Below are positions 15,514 through 22,670 of a stretch of 43,085 nt of DNA, one piece after another. Origin of the DNA: a virus. The notes under the pieces are model-generated. The model made no database searches. It had not been told where the DNA came from and worked only from the letters and a program-made list of their open reading frames with translations. Position 1 is the first letter of the stretch; each line of letters starts with the position of its first letter. The position numbers were made by a program, and so were the translations under genes. The stretch spans positions 1-43,085 of the IMG/VR virus record IMGVR_UViG_3300031673_000137; one strand, 5' to 3'.

Positions 15514-17514
15514 GTGCAAAAAGAAAATAGCGGCGCGACAAGCGCCGACTGGGCGCACTTCGCCGTAATGCTCGGCCTCACTGCCGACTTGCTGCCCGTG
15601 GTGAGCAACCAGGATGCCGTGATTGATCCCGCGTCGAGCATGAAGGGGTTGGGTAAGACCCCCTCACGGTACAACGGTTCGCGCCGCGCTGTTGGCTTCT
15701 CGAAGTGGACGCAGTACCAAGCCACGGATGCCGACATCACGAAGTGGATGCGCGAACAGGACTACGGTATCTGTCTGCAAACCCGCGAAGTGCGGGCGCT
15801 GGATATTGACGATGAGGAACTTGCGGGAAAGATAAGCGAGTTCATTGTCGGGCAGCACGTACTGCCCGAGCGGTTCCGCGAGAATTCTCGCAAGTGTCTG
15901 TTCGCTTTTCGCCTTGAAGGCGACTTCACCAAACGCAAATTCAAAACAGCCAGCGGCATTGTCGAATTCCTTGCAAACGGACAGCAATTCGTGGCTTGCG
16001 GAACCCACACGAGCGGCTCACGTTATGAGTGGTTCAACGGATTGCCGGACGGCATCCCCGAACTCACCGCCGAACAGTTTGAAGCCCTCTGGGCAGAACT
16101 CGTAAAGCAATTTGCTGTTGAGGACTCCGCGACTACCGCAGCCGCTACGAGCAAGCACTCAAAGCTCTCCGAAGCCGCGAGTAACGATCCGGTCGCACAA
16201 CAACTCATCGACCTCGATGTGGTCGTCAAAAATGAGCGCGACGGACGGCTCCACATAACCTGTCCATGGGAGGCCGAGCATACCTCGGCGAGTTCCGAAT
16301 CGGCTACTACCTACTGGCCTGCCCATACTGGCGGGTTCATCCACGGGCACTTCGATTGTAAGCACGCCCATTGCGAAGCCCGTACCGACGGCGAGTTCAA
16401 AGCCGCCTTGGGTATTGTCGATGCCGACTTGATGTCCGACTTCGAGGTGCTGGCAGACGAGCGGCCCGCCGACACTGACGAACCCGCCAAGGCGATGCGC
16501 TTCCAGCCTATCCACGGCGACGAGTTCGCGCAGCTTGTTGCGACCGAGTGGATTATCAAAGGCGTGCTGCCCAAAGCCGAGTTGGGGGTCGTGTTCGGCG
16601 AGTCGGGTTCGGGCAAGACGTTCAAGGTGCTGGACATCGCCATGGCGGTCGCCACCGGTACGGAGTGGCGGCAGCGGGCGGTGACTCAGGGCGCGGTGGT
16701 GTACATCGCCGCAGAAGGCTCTGGCGGCTTCAAGAAGCGGCTGCGCTCCTATGCGCAACACCATGGCCTCGACTTGTCCGATGTGCCGCTATACGTCATC
16801 CCGGCGGCCCCCAACCTGTTGCAGAAAGCCGATGCGCTTGACGTGGCTAAGGCCGTGCTATCGCTGGGTGTTAAAACGTCCTTGGTCATCATCGACACCT
16901 TGGCGCAAACCACGGCGGGCGGGAACGAGAACAGCGGCGAGGACATGGGCCTCGCCTTGTCGCACTGCAAAGGCATCCACAAGGCCACAGGCGCGATGGT
17001 GCTGCTGGTACATCACTCAGGCAAGGATACCAGCAAGGGCGCGCGCGGGTGGTCGGGGCTGCGCGCGGCTTGCGATGTGGAGCTTGAGGTGACGCGGTTC
17101 GACCAAGAGCGCATCCTGGCACTCACCAAGCAGAAGGACGGCGACGACATGCTTGAGTTCGGGTTCAGGCTCACCACGGTATCGTTGGGCTTCGATTCGG
17201 ATGGCGACGAGATCACCTCATGCGTCACCGAGCCGGTAGATGGCACGCAGCGCAAAGCGCGAGGCACAGGCAAGAAGCTGGGGCACAACGAGAGGCTGGT
17301 GCTGCGCACGATGGGTGAGATGATGTCGGGCGAGGGGGAAGGCGCGCAAGTGGGCAGGCTGATCGAGCTTGTCTCGGCGCAGATGTTGCCTCCCGATGAA
17401 GGCAAGAAGGACAGGCGGCGCGAGATGGCGCACAGGGCGATTCAGGCTTTGCAGGATGCGGAAAAGGTGGCGGTCAATGATCGCGGTGAACTATTTGTGA
17501 TGGGGGATGAGTGA
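15514..17514 (+). CDS. Bifunctional primase-polymerase / RepA-like (RecA-fold) helicase (666 aa)
   Basis: The N-terminal half is Prim-Pol-like (ICLQTREVRALDIDD). The C-terminal half has Walker A GESGSGKT and Walker B SLVIIDTLAQ. GTG start behind a GGGAG RBS. Confidence 0.8.
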   Translation: MQKENSGATSADWAHFAVMLGLTADLLPVVSNQDAVIDPASSMKGLGKTPSRYNGSRRAVGFSKWTQYQATDADITKWMREQDYGICLQTREVRALDIDDEELAGKISEFIVGQHVLPERFRENSRKCLFAFRLEGDFTKRKFKTASGIVEFLANGQQFVACGTHTSGSRYEWFNGLPDGIPELTAEQFEALWAELVKQFAVEDSATTAAATSKHSKLSEAASNDPVAQQLIDLDVVVKNERDGRLHITCPWEAEHTSASSESATTYWPAHTGGFIHGHFDCKHAHCEARTDGEFKAALGIVDADLMSDFEVLADERPADTDEPAKAMRFQPIHGDEFAQLVATEWIIKGVLPKAELGVVFGESGSGKTFKVLDIAMAVATGTEWRQRAVTQGAVVYIAAEGSGGFKKRLRSYAQHHGLDLSDVPLYVIPAAPNLLQKADALDVAKAVLSLGVKTSLVIIDTLAQTTAGGNENSGEDMGLALSHCKGIHKATGAMVLLVHHSGKDTSKGARGWSGLRAACDVELEVTRFDQERILALTKQKDGDDMLEFGFRLTTVSLGFDSDGDEITSCVTEPVDGTQRKARGTGKKLGHNERLVLRTMGEMMSGEGEGAQVGRLIELVSAQMLPPDEGKKDRRREMAHRAIQALQDAEKVAVNDRGELFVMGDE

Positions 17515-17735
17515 TGGCGCTTAAAATTGCGGAAAGGCTGCAAGCGCGGCTGGCGTCCACAGGGTTAATCGTGGATGTTCCCAAACGTCAGTATACAGGG
17601 CATTGGCAACGCTCGGAAGGCGCGTGGTCTTGGTCTGCGCTAGTTACAGATCAATACTATGAGGTTGGCTCGCCGCACACAATGCGAGAATGCCTAAAGA
17701 TGTCAGATGAAGATTTTGCGCAGGCGGTTGAATAA
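17511..17735 (+). CDS. Hypothetical protein (74 aa)
   Basis: Coupled by overlaps to both neighbouring genes. Confidence 0.5.
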   Translation: MMALKIAERLQARLASTGLIVDVPKRQYTGHWQRSEGAWSWSALVTDQYYEVGSPHTMRECLKMSDEDFAQAVE

Positions 17736-18361
17736 TGGCGCTTGAAGCATATGAGATTCGCCGTATTGATTACCAGACCGCGATGCAGGTTGTGGTCGAA
17801 AATCACTACCTACATCGCCGTTGCCCTTGCACAAACGCCTTTGGTCTTTTTCTTGGGGATGAGTTGAAAGGCGTTGTGGTGTACGGTACGCCAGCGAGTT
17901 CGCCGTTGCGTACCGGGATCGCGGGCGCAGAAAATGCGAACAACGTGGCCGAGTTGACGCGGCTTTGGGTTTGCGATTCGGTTCCGCGTAACGGAGAGAG
18001 CTTTCTTATCGGGCGCACGGTGGCGCTCGCGGGTAAAGAGATCGTCGTGTCCTACGCGGAGATACAACAGGGGCACGTCGGCATAGTGTATCAGGCTACG
18101 AACTGGCTTTACACAGGGCTATCCGCGAAGCGGACGAACTGGACGGTAGAAGGGCTGGATAAGCACTGCCAGACGCTTGCGGACAAGTACACCGCGAAAG
18201 AGATTCGGGAGAAGTACGGCGACAAATTCAGCCTCCAAGAGCGCCCCCGGAAGCATCGCTACGTGTTCATCAACGCAAAGGGTCGGCACAGAAAAGAGTT
18301 GCTGGCAGCGTTGAAATACCCACTTCTACCCTACCCAAAAAGCGCAGAATCGCTCTGCTGA
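17735..18361 (+). CDS. GNAT-fold protein resembling the Mom family (adenine methylcarbamoylation DNA modification)
   Basis: NHYLHRRCP..AFGLF...LKGVVVYGTPAS...AELTRLWV...NGESFLI...VVSYAEIQQGHVGIVYQATNWLYTG matches my memory of Mom-family proteins. Not verified. Confidence 0.45.
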   Translation: MALEAYEIRRIDYQTAMQVVVENHYLHRRCPCTNAFGLFLGDELKGVVVYGTPASSPLRTGIAGAENANNVAELTRLWVCDSVPRNGESFLIGRTVALAGKEIVVSYAEIQQGHVGIVYQATNWLYTGLSAKRTNWTVEGLDKHCQTLADKYTAKEIREKYGDKFSLQERPRKHRYVFINAKGRHRKELLAALKYPLLPYPKSAESLC

Positions 18362-18556
18362 TGCGCCCCAAAACGCCTTCACGGCATTAAATTCGTCCCG
18401 CCACCGCGCGGGCGAGAGATGGCAATAGCTGTTCACATAAACGCTTGGGTATTCGATACCGACGTAGTAGAAGTATCCCTCCCCTTTCACTAGTTCAGCC
18501 GCGATCCCGTGGCGGCGCAATTCAGCATTGTATTTTGAAAGGCTGTTTAGGAGCAT
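18326..18556 (-). CDS. Hypothetical protein (76 aa), convergent with and overlapping the 3' end of the Mom-like gene
   Basis: GAGGTG RBS 7 nt upstream of ATG 18556. Own near-consensus promoter. 36-nt tail-to-tail overlap with 17735-18361. Confidence 0.6.
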   Translation of the reverse strand: MLLNSLSKYNAELRRHGIAAELVKGEGYFYYVGIEYPSVYVNSYCHLSPARWRDEFNAVKAFWGASAERFCAFWVG

Positions 18557-18581
18557 TTTGACACCTCAGTTTTGAAGCCGC

Positions 18582-18610
18582 AGTATAGGCAACGATTTCC
18601 GCTTTGTCAA
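18582..18610 (-). promoter_or_regulatory. Near-consensus sigma70 promoter (TTGACA-17-TATACT) for the 76-aa gene
   Basis: The -35 is the reverse complement of 18605-18610. The -10 is the reverse complement of 18582-18587. The spacer was counted as 17 nt. Confidence 0.65.
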
Positions 18611-18639
18611 GTAGCCAACCCACCTTTTCACAACCCGCG

Positions 18640-18669
18640 AGCCGCCGATTTATGGCGGCTTTTTCTTTT
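18640..18669 (+). terminator. Rho-independent terminator ending rightward early transcription
   Basis: Stem AGCCGCC / GGCGGCT with loop GATTTAT, followed by TTTTTCTTTT. Confidence 0.75.
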
Positions 18670-18673
18670 GCTA

Positions 18674-18709
18674 CTCGCAATTTATTACTTGTTGGTAATT
18701 ATTTGCGAG
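18674..18709. repeat. Imperfect 15-bp inverted repeat (CTCGCAATTTATTAC-N6-GTAATTATTTGCGAG)
   Basis: The arms are complementary at 13 of 15 positions. Lies immediately after the terminator. Confidence 0.7.
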
Positions 18710-18896
18710 TTCCCTATAGGTACACAAATAGGTTTTGAACCACAAAAGTGGGAGGAATAGTTTGCCTTATTTACGGTCAACCTATAGGTACATAAATTAC
18801 ACATAAATGGGCGATAAATGTACCGACAAGGCGAGTGACAGATACATTTTTACCACACACCAGCTCTGCTGGTGGGTTAAAAATGTACCAACGATG

Positions 18897-18926
18897 TGGA
18901 CTCAAAAGTGAAAAACCTGATATACT
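18897..18926 (+). promoter_or_regulatory. Extended -10 promoter (TGGACT-18-TGaTATACT) for the 18961 operon
   Basis: TG at 18918-18919, TATACT at 18921-18926. Lies 35 nt upstream of the AAGGAG RBS/ATG at 18961. Confidence 0.5.
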
Positions 18927-18960
18927 ATGCTTCTTACGGTAAAACTAAAGGAGCGCAAAA

Positions 18961-19263
18961 ATGGGCAAGCACACAAAAATTCGGTTACGTTCAGGTAACC
19001 ACGAACCAACAGGGCGATGGGCGCGCTTGTGCGACTTCAGCACGGCTGACGGAACCGGATGGGTGATTTACTCACGGCAGAACGGGGATCGCTATGTGGG
19101 TGTCAAGATCGCAGTGGTTGGCGAGATACCGGGCAAAGCGAATTACTGGATGACGTTCGACTTGAAACAGCAAAACCTGTTTCGGCAACATGCGGCGGAA
19201 CTACAACGCTATCGCCCTGAAGTTTTCAAGCTGGCGACGCAGTATCTCAAACTCTTCGCTTGA
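18961..19263 (+). CDS. Hypothetical protein (100 aa)
   Basis: AAGGAG RBS. First ORF after the control region. Confidence 0.6.
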   Translation: MGKHTKIRLRSGNHEPTGRWARLCDFSTADGTGWVIYSRQNGDRYVGVKIAVVGEIPGKANYWMTFDLKQQNLFRQHAAELQRYRPEVFKLATQYLKLFA

Positions 19264-19319
19264 CACACGGCAAAACATGCCTCACAATGCGCCAACTCAA
19301 CGAACCAAGGAACCAAACA

Positions 19320-19493
19320 ATGAAACCCGAAGAATTCAAAGCACTCCGCGAATCCCGCGAAGGTATGACGCAAGAACGACTAGCCGAACTGATGTCCTGT
19401 TCCGCCCGGACAATCCGCAACTACGAGAACGGCACCGGTAGCTTGCCGGATCGCGCCGTGAAGATGCTTGAACTGGTGCTCAAAGCGAAATGA
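19320..19493 (+). CDS. XRE-family HTH protein (57 aa)
   Basis: MTQERLAELMSCSARTIRNYENGTGSLP is a canonical XRE HTH. Start set at ATG 19320 behind AAGGAA. Confidence 0.7.
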   Translation: MKPEEFKALRESREGMTQERLAELMSCSARTIRNYENGTGSLPDRAVKMLELVLKAK

Positions 19494-19837
19494 GCGACAT
19501 AGCCCTCCAACTCCACAACGGTGTTAGCATATTCGTCGATAGCCAGACAGGTTGCTTTTCGACGAACGAATCGGAGACGCAGTGGACGCGCCTGCGCGAC
19601 TTGAAAGCGCACCTCGACAGCCGAATAACCGTGGATGAGCTGATCGCGATGACGGAGCGTAAAAGCTACTGGATAATTGGGGATAAAAAGCTGCACGCAA
19701 TCAGAAATTTAAAAGATTACACAGGCCGCTACATAATGTCTCGCGACGGGGCTGAACTACTCGGCTACCCGGTATTCCTCGACACGCAAGACGAAAACGC
19801 TCTTTCCTTTTTCACACCGGCGAGCACAATCCCATGA
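19490..19837 (+). CDS. Hypothetical protein (115 aa)
   Basis: ATGA overlap with the XRE gene. Confidence 0.55.
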   Translation: MSDIALQLHNGVSIFVDSQTGCFSTNESETQWTRLRDLKAHLDSRITVDELIAMTERKSYWIIGDKKLHAIRNLKDYTGRYIMSRDGAELLGYPVFLDTQDENALSFFTPASTIP

Positions 19838-20028
19838 GCGACGAGGTAGACGTGGCGAACGACTTGGCATACGCCTACGCCAACTCAGGAGTAGCCAAGG
19901 CTGCGTCGGAAGCCGCCAAGCCTATACCGACCTCACCCGTGTGCTTAGAATGCGGGGAAGGCACCGCAGGAGGCGCGAGATGGTGCTCCGCGAGTTGCCG
20001 CGACTACCACGAGATGCGCAACCGATAA
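19834..20028 (+). CDS. Small C4 zinc-finger protein (64 aa)
   Basis: CLEC-x11-C-x3-C. ATGA overlap with the previous gene. Followed by a strong terminator. Confidence 0.55.
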   Translation: MSDEVDVANDLAYAYANSGVAKAASEAAKPIPTSPVCLECGEGTAGGARWCSASCRDYHEMRNR

Positions 20029-20068
20029 TTTTTTTTGTGTTACTCCCTCCGCGCCTCACGGTGCGTTC

Positions 20069-20101
20069 ATCCCGCAGAAGTCTTGCGGGATTTTTTTTTT
20101 T
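20069..20101 (+). terminator. Strong rho-independent terminator
   Basis: Stem ATCCCGCA / TGCGGGAT with loop GAAGTCT, followed by T11. Confidence 0.85.
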
Positions 20102-20190
20102 GATGTTCAGCTTTTAAGGGCGAGTTGCAACCGCTCGAAAGGCGCAAAGAACCCGCTGGTGTTCGCCATATCCCGCGCTTTGATATTTTG

Positions 20191-20340
20191 AAAGTGTGAG
20201 TAGGATTTCGATTCGGCTTGATCAAAGTGTGAGTAGGATTTCGATTCGGCTTGATCAAAGTGTGAGTAGGATTTCGATTCGGCTTGATCATAGTGTGAGT
20301 AGGATTTCGATTCGGCTTGATCATAGTGTGAGTAGGTTTT
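20191..20340. repeat. Iteron array: 33-bp unit AAAGTGTGAGTAGGATTTCGATTCGGCTTGATC x 4 plus a partial fifth copy
   Basis: Copies start at 20191, 20224, 20257, 20290 and 20323 (partial). Units differ only at the A/T after GATCA. Each full unit carries a GATC. Confidence 0.9.
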
Positions 20341-20423
20341 CACATATAAGCCGCTTCCCGCTTCCTGGCGCGCCCTTCCCGCATAGGTTAGTAACCACTA
20401 TCAAAATAAATTGCAAAAGACTA

Positions 20424-20452
20424 TTGACAAGGCGGAAAATAATGCCGATTAT
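20424..20452 (+). promoter_or_regulatory. Sigma70 promoter (TTGACA-17-GATTAT)
   Basis: The -35 is 20424-20429 and the -10 is 20447-20452. Lies upstream of the gene at 20488. Confidence 0.55.
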
Positions 20453-20487
20453 GAACGCCTCAAAACCACAAAACGAAAGGGATTATC

Positions 20488-20772
20488 ATGGCTAAAATCA
20501 CTAAAATCGAAAAACGAGTAGCTTTTATCCTGTCGCATAAAGAGGCACTTAAGGCAGCGCGCTGTCCTGAGTCTGGCAGCCCGACAAATGCCGCGCGTCG
20601 CTCGGGCATGTCCGGCGGGGGTTGGGGATATTGGGCGCAGGCTTTTAAAAGGGCGGGGGTGCCGTGTAGCGCACAAAACTACTGGTCTGGCAGTCTGCCA
20701 ACACCGTCAACCGCAATAAATAAGGGTATTGCGGAATACATCGGGGTTAACGCGCCCGCCGATATAAAATAA
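20488..20772 (+). CDS. Hypothetical protein (94 aa)
   Basis: AAGGGA RBS. Own promoter. Confidence 0.55.
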   Translation: MAKITKIEKRVAFILSHKEALKAARCPESGSPTNAARRSGMSGGGWGYWAQAFKRAGVPCSAQNYWSGSLPTPSTAINKGIAEYIGVNAPADIK

Positions 20773-20775
20773 TTC

Positions 20776-20804
20776 TTTACAACAGGCAAAAATTGCCGTA
20801 TAAC
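20776..20804 (+). promoter_or_regulatory. Sigma70 promoter (TTTACA-17-TATAAC) with palindrome GGCAAAAATTGCC in the spacer
   Basis: The -35 is 20776-20781 and the -10 is 20799-20804. Confidence 0.5.
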
Positions 20805-20859
20805 GTAATCACTGGCCGCACAAATGACGCGCCAGGATAACCAAATAGGAGTAACAAAA

Positions 20860-21180
20860 ATGAAACAAACTATCGGATTATCAGACTTTCGCGACGCCTT
20901 TATCCATGCGGGGCGTAAAGAGAATTTTAGCTATGAAGCGCTTGAATTGCTTTTTAATATGTGCGAAGAGATAGACGAAAACATGGAGCTGGATGTTATC
21001 GCGCTTTGTTGTGAGTATTACGAAAATGACCTCGAAACAGTTATTAGCGAATATCGCTTAACTGATGATGTGGACGGCATGGATGAAGACGAAAAGATGG
21101 ATTTTGTTCGGGAATATCTGAACGAAAACACTTTTCTTGTTGGCGAAACATCGTCCGGCTTCGTTTATCAGGCGTTTTGA
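20860..21180 (+). CDS. Highly acidic hypothetical protein (106 aa; 27 D/E vs 7 K/R)
   Basis: AGGAG RBS 8 nt upstream of ATG 20860. Residue composition counted by hand. Confidence 0.6.
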   Translation: MKQTIGLSDFRDAFIHAGRKENFSYEALELLFNMCEEIDENMELDVIALCCEYYENDLETVISEYRLTDDVDGMDEDEKMDFVREYLNENTFLVGETSSGFVYQAF

Positions 21181-21208
21181 TATGACAATCCTCGCCCAAC
21201 TGACAGCG

Positions 21209-21293
21209 ATCCACAAACGCCGGCGCATATGGTGTGGCATCCTGGCAGCGGCATTCGCGAAACACGAAACTAAAATCACGAGGAGGTATTGAG
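21209..21293 (+). promoter_or_regulatory. Conserved leader, copy A (homologous to 22320-22405; 34-bp identical core 21236-21269)
   Basis: Aligned by eye. Shared core GGCATCCTGGCAGCGGCATTCGCGAAACACGAAA and shared RBS AGGAGGTATTGA. Contains a 14-codon uORF at 21229-21273. Confidence 0.7.
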
Positions 21294-21737
21294 ATGTCCA
21301 GTATAAACACTTTTAACGACGACACTAGCGAGGAATTGCGCAGCATCATTTGCCGATTGAACGATACCCGCGAACGTGTGCGCGTGTTTTATGGGGATAT
21401 AAAAACCGGCATAGCATGGCCCGAGGAAAACGATGTGGTAGGCCGTATAGGCTGCTCAACCGGGGGAAGCAAAATCCCGTTGCTGATACCCAATGCGCGC
21501 AGTCACGGCGGCGGCGGACTGCTCGATGGTTGCATCGTCGCGATATATGGCACATCAGGCCGCAAAATATACGCGCATCCTACGTTTTGCACGGGTATTT
21601 GGGGCGTAACCGGGCCTGTAAATAATGGCTATGTCGAAGCCGTATCCCACAATGGCAAATTACATGCGCAATTCAAAAAAGCCGGTCAAGCCGCGCGTTA
21701 TGTGGATTTTATGAATGGCGCGCGCTTTAGCAAATAG
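21294..21737 (+). CDS. Hypothetical protein (147 aa), cassette cargo A
   Basis: AGGAGG RBS 7 nt upstream. The last 4 codons (RFSK) and the stop lie inside a 60-bp repeat shared with the 22406-22609 cassette. Confidence 0.6.
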   Translation: MSSINTFNDDTSEELRSIICRLNDTRERVRVFYGDIKTGIAWPEENDVVGRIGCSTGGSKIPLLIPNARSHGGGGLLDGCIVAIYGTSGRKIYAHPTFCTGIWGVTGPVNNGYVEAVSHNGKLHAQFKKAGQAARYVDFMNGARFSK

Positions 21738-21745
21738 CAGGCCCT

Positions 21746-21769
21746 ATCCGCATTTCGGTGCGGGTTTTT
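21746..21769 (+). terminator. Rho-independent terminator, copy 1 of 3
   Basis: Stem ATCCGCA / TGCGGGT (one G-U pair) with loop TTTCGG, followed by T5. Confidence 0.75.
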
Positions 21770-21791
21770 ATGAAATTGAGAGGTGAAAATT

Positions 21792-22079
21792 ATGATATAC
21801 GATAATGCAACATCAACAGCCGGCAAAAGGATAAAGTTGCGCACGGATGGCACTTTCACTCTGGCGTTTTGCCCAAATTGTGTGGAAAGCACGCCGGTAA
21901 CCTTGCGCGCTTTTGTGTGTGAGAAATCGCTATCGCGCCTGGCGGAGAAATACGGGTTTGGCAGTAAAGCAGCAAAGGCATTGGCGCTTGATTTTCAAAA
22001 ATCGGCACACGGATTGAATAAATTTTCCGTGCAAATTTTTAACGCGGATGGCGTGCTGGTTGGTGATTTTAATCTTTGA
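21792..22079 (+). CDS. Hypothetical protein (95 aa)
   Basis: GAGAGGTG RBS 6 nt upstream of ATG 21792. Confidence 0.55.
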   Translation: MIYDNATSTAGKRIKLRTDGTFTLAFCPNCVESTPVTLRAFVCEKSLSRLAEKYGFGSKAAKALALDFQKSAHGLNKFSVQIFNADGVLVGDFNL

Positions 22080-22082
22080 GCT

Positions 22083-22106
22083 ATCCGCATTTCGGTGCGG
22101 GTTTTT
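22083..22106 (+). terminator. Rho-independent terminator, copy 2 of 3
   Basis: The 27-bp core at 22081-22107 is identical to 21744-21770. Confidence 0.75.
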
Positions 22107-22137
22107 AGTGAATAGATAATTGAGAGGTTAAAATAAA

Positions 22138-22320
22138 ATGGATACTCTAATTGCAAGAAAATGCAGCGATGGCAGCGTGGAGGTGTGGCGTAGTGCGGCG
22201 ACAGATCATCAACCCATTATGCGATTCGCGTCCTATCTGACAAACAAACTGGATTATAGGCATAAGTACGTGACGTATAACTGTGCACGCTATAACGTCA
22301 GGTGGGATAAAAGACAGTAA
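22138..22320 (+). CDS. Hypothetical protein (60 aa)
   Basis: GAGAGGT RBS upstream. Confidence 0.5.
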   Translation: MDTLIARKCSDGSVEVWRSAATDHQPIMRFASYLTNKLDYRHKYVTYNCARYNVRWDKRQ

Positions 22321-22405
22321 TCCACAAAAGGCGCGCGATATGGCGCGGCATCCTGGCAGCGGCATTCGCGAAACACGAAAAACAAATTATTAGGAGGTAT
22401 TGAAA
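22320..22405 (+). promoter_or_regulatory. Conserved leader, copy B (34-bp identical core 22347-22380)
   Basis: See copy A. Contains a 17-codon uORF at 22340-22393 whose TAG stop overlaps the downstream AGGAGG RBS. Confidence 0.7.
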
Positions 22406-22609
22406 ATGGCGTGCTTAACAAACTACACGGTGCAATGCACCGACGTTGTGTCAGGACTTGTTGGTTGCTTCCTTTTCGACACAATGCACTGGCAGAAAAC
22501 GGGGGAATTCAAGGCGATATCTCCGGTTTTTTCTGACCTTGCCGCGTTTTATAACGCCACTACGCATGATCAGCGTAAAGCCTGCTATCTGGAGCGCTTT
22601 AGCAAATAG
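22406..22609 (+). CDS. Hypothetical protein (67 aa), cassette cargo B
   Basis: AGGAGG RBS 8 nt upstream. C-terminal RFSK plus stop lie inside the shared 60-bp repeat. Confidence 0.55.
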   Translation: MACLTNYTVQCTDVVSGLVGCFLFDTMHWQKTGEFKAISPVFSDLAAFYNATTHDQRKACYLERFSK

Positions 22610-22617
22610 CAGGCCCT

Positions 22618-22641
22618 ATCCGCATTTCGGTGCGGGTTTTT
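22618..22641 (+). terminator. Rho-independent terminator, copy 3 of 3
   Basis: Lies within the 60-bp perfect repeat 22594-22653 = 21722-21781. Confidence 0.75.
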
Positions 22642-22670
22642 ATGAAATTGAGAATTGAAAGGAAATAATC

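Noticed and set aside
20191-20340. Possible CRISPR array
   Set aside because: The 33-bp units are directly adjacent with no unique spacers, and no cas genes are present.
20067-20495. Three track ORFs (20067-20324 -, 20107-20343 -, 20196-20495 +) encoding repetitive peptides such as KPNRNPTHT or SRISIRLDQSV
   Set aside because: They are simply translations of the 33-bp iteron array in three frames. None has an RBS, and they lie between a strong terminator and the next promoter.
21236-21269. Sigma54-type promoter (TGGCAT-N5-CAGC, GG-N10-GC) in the conserved leader core
   Set aside because: Only the GG and GC dinucleotides fit. The -12 element lacks TTGC, copy B lacks the T of TGGCA, and no activator or enhancer is evident.
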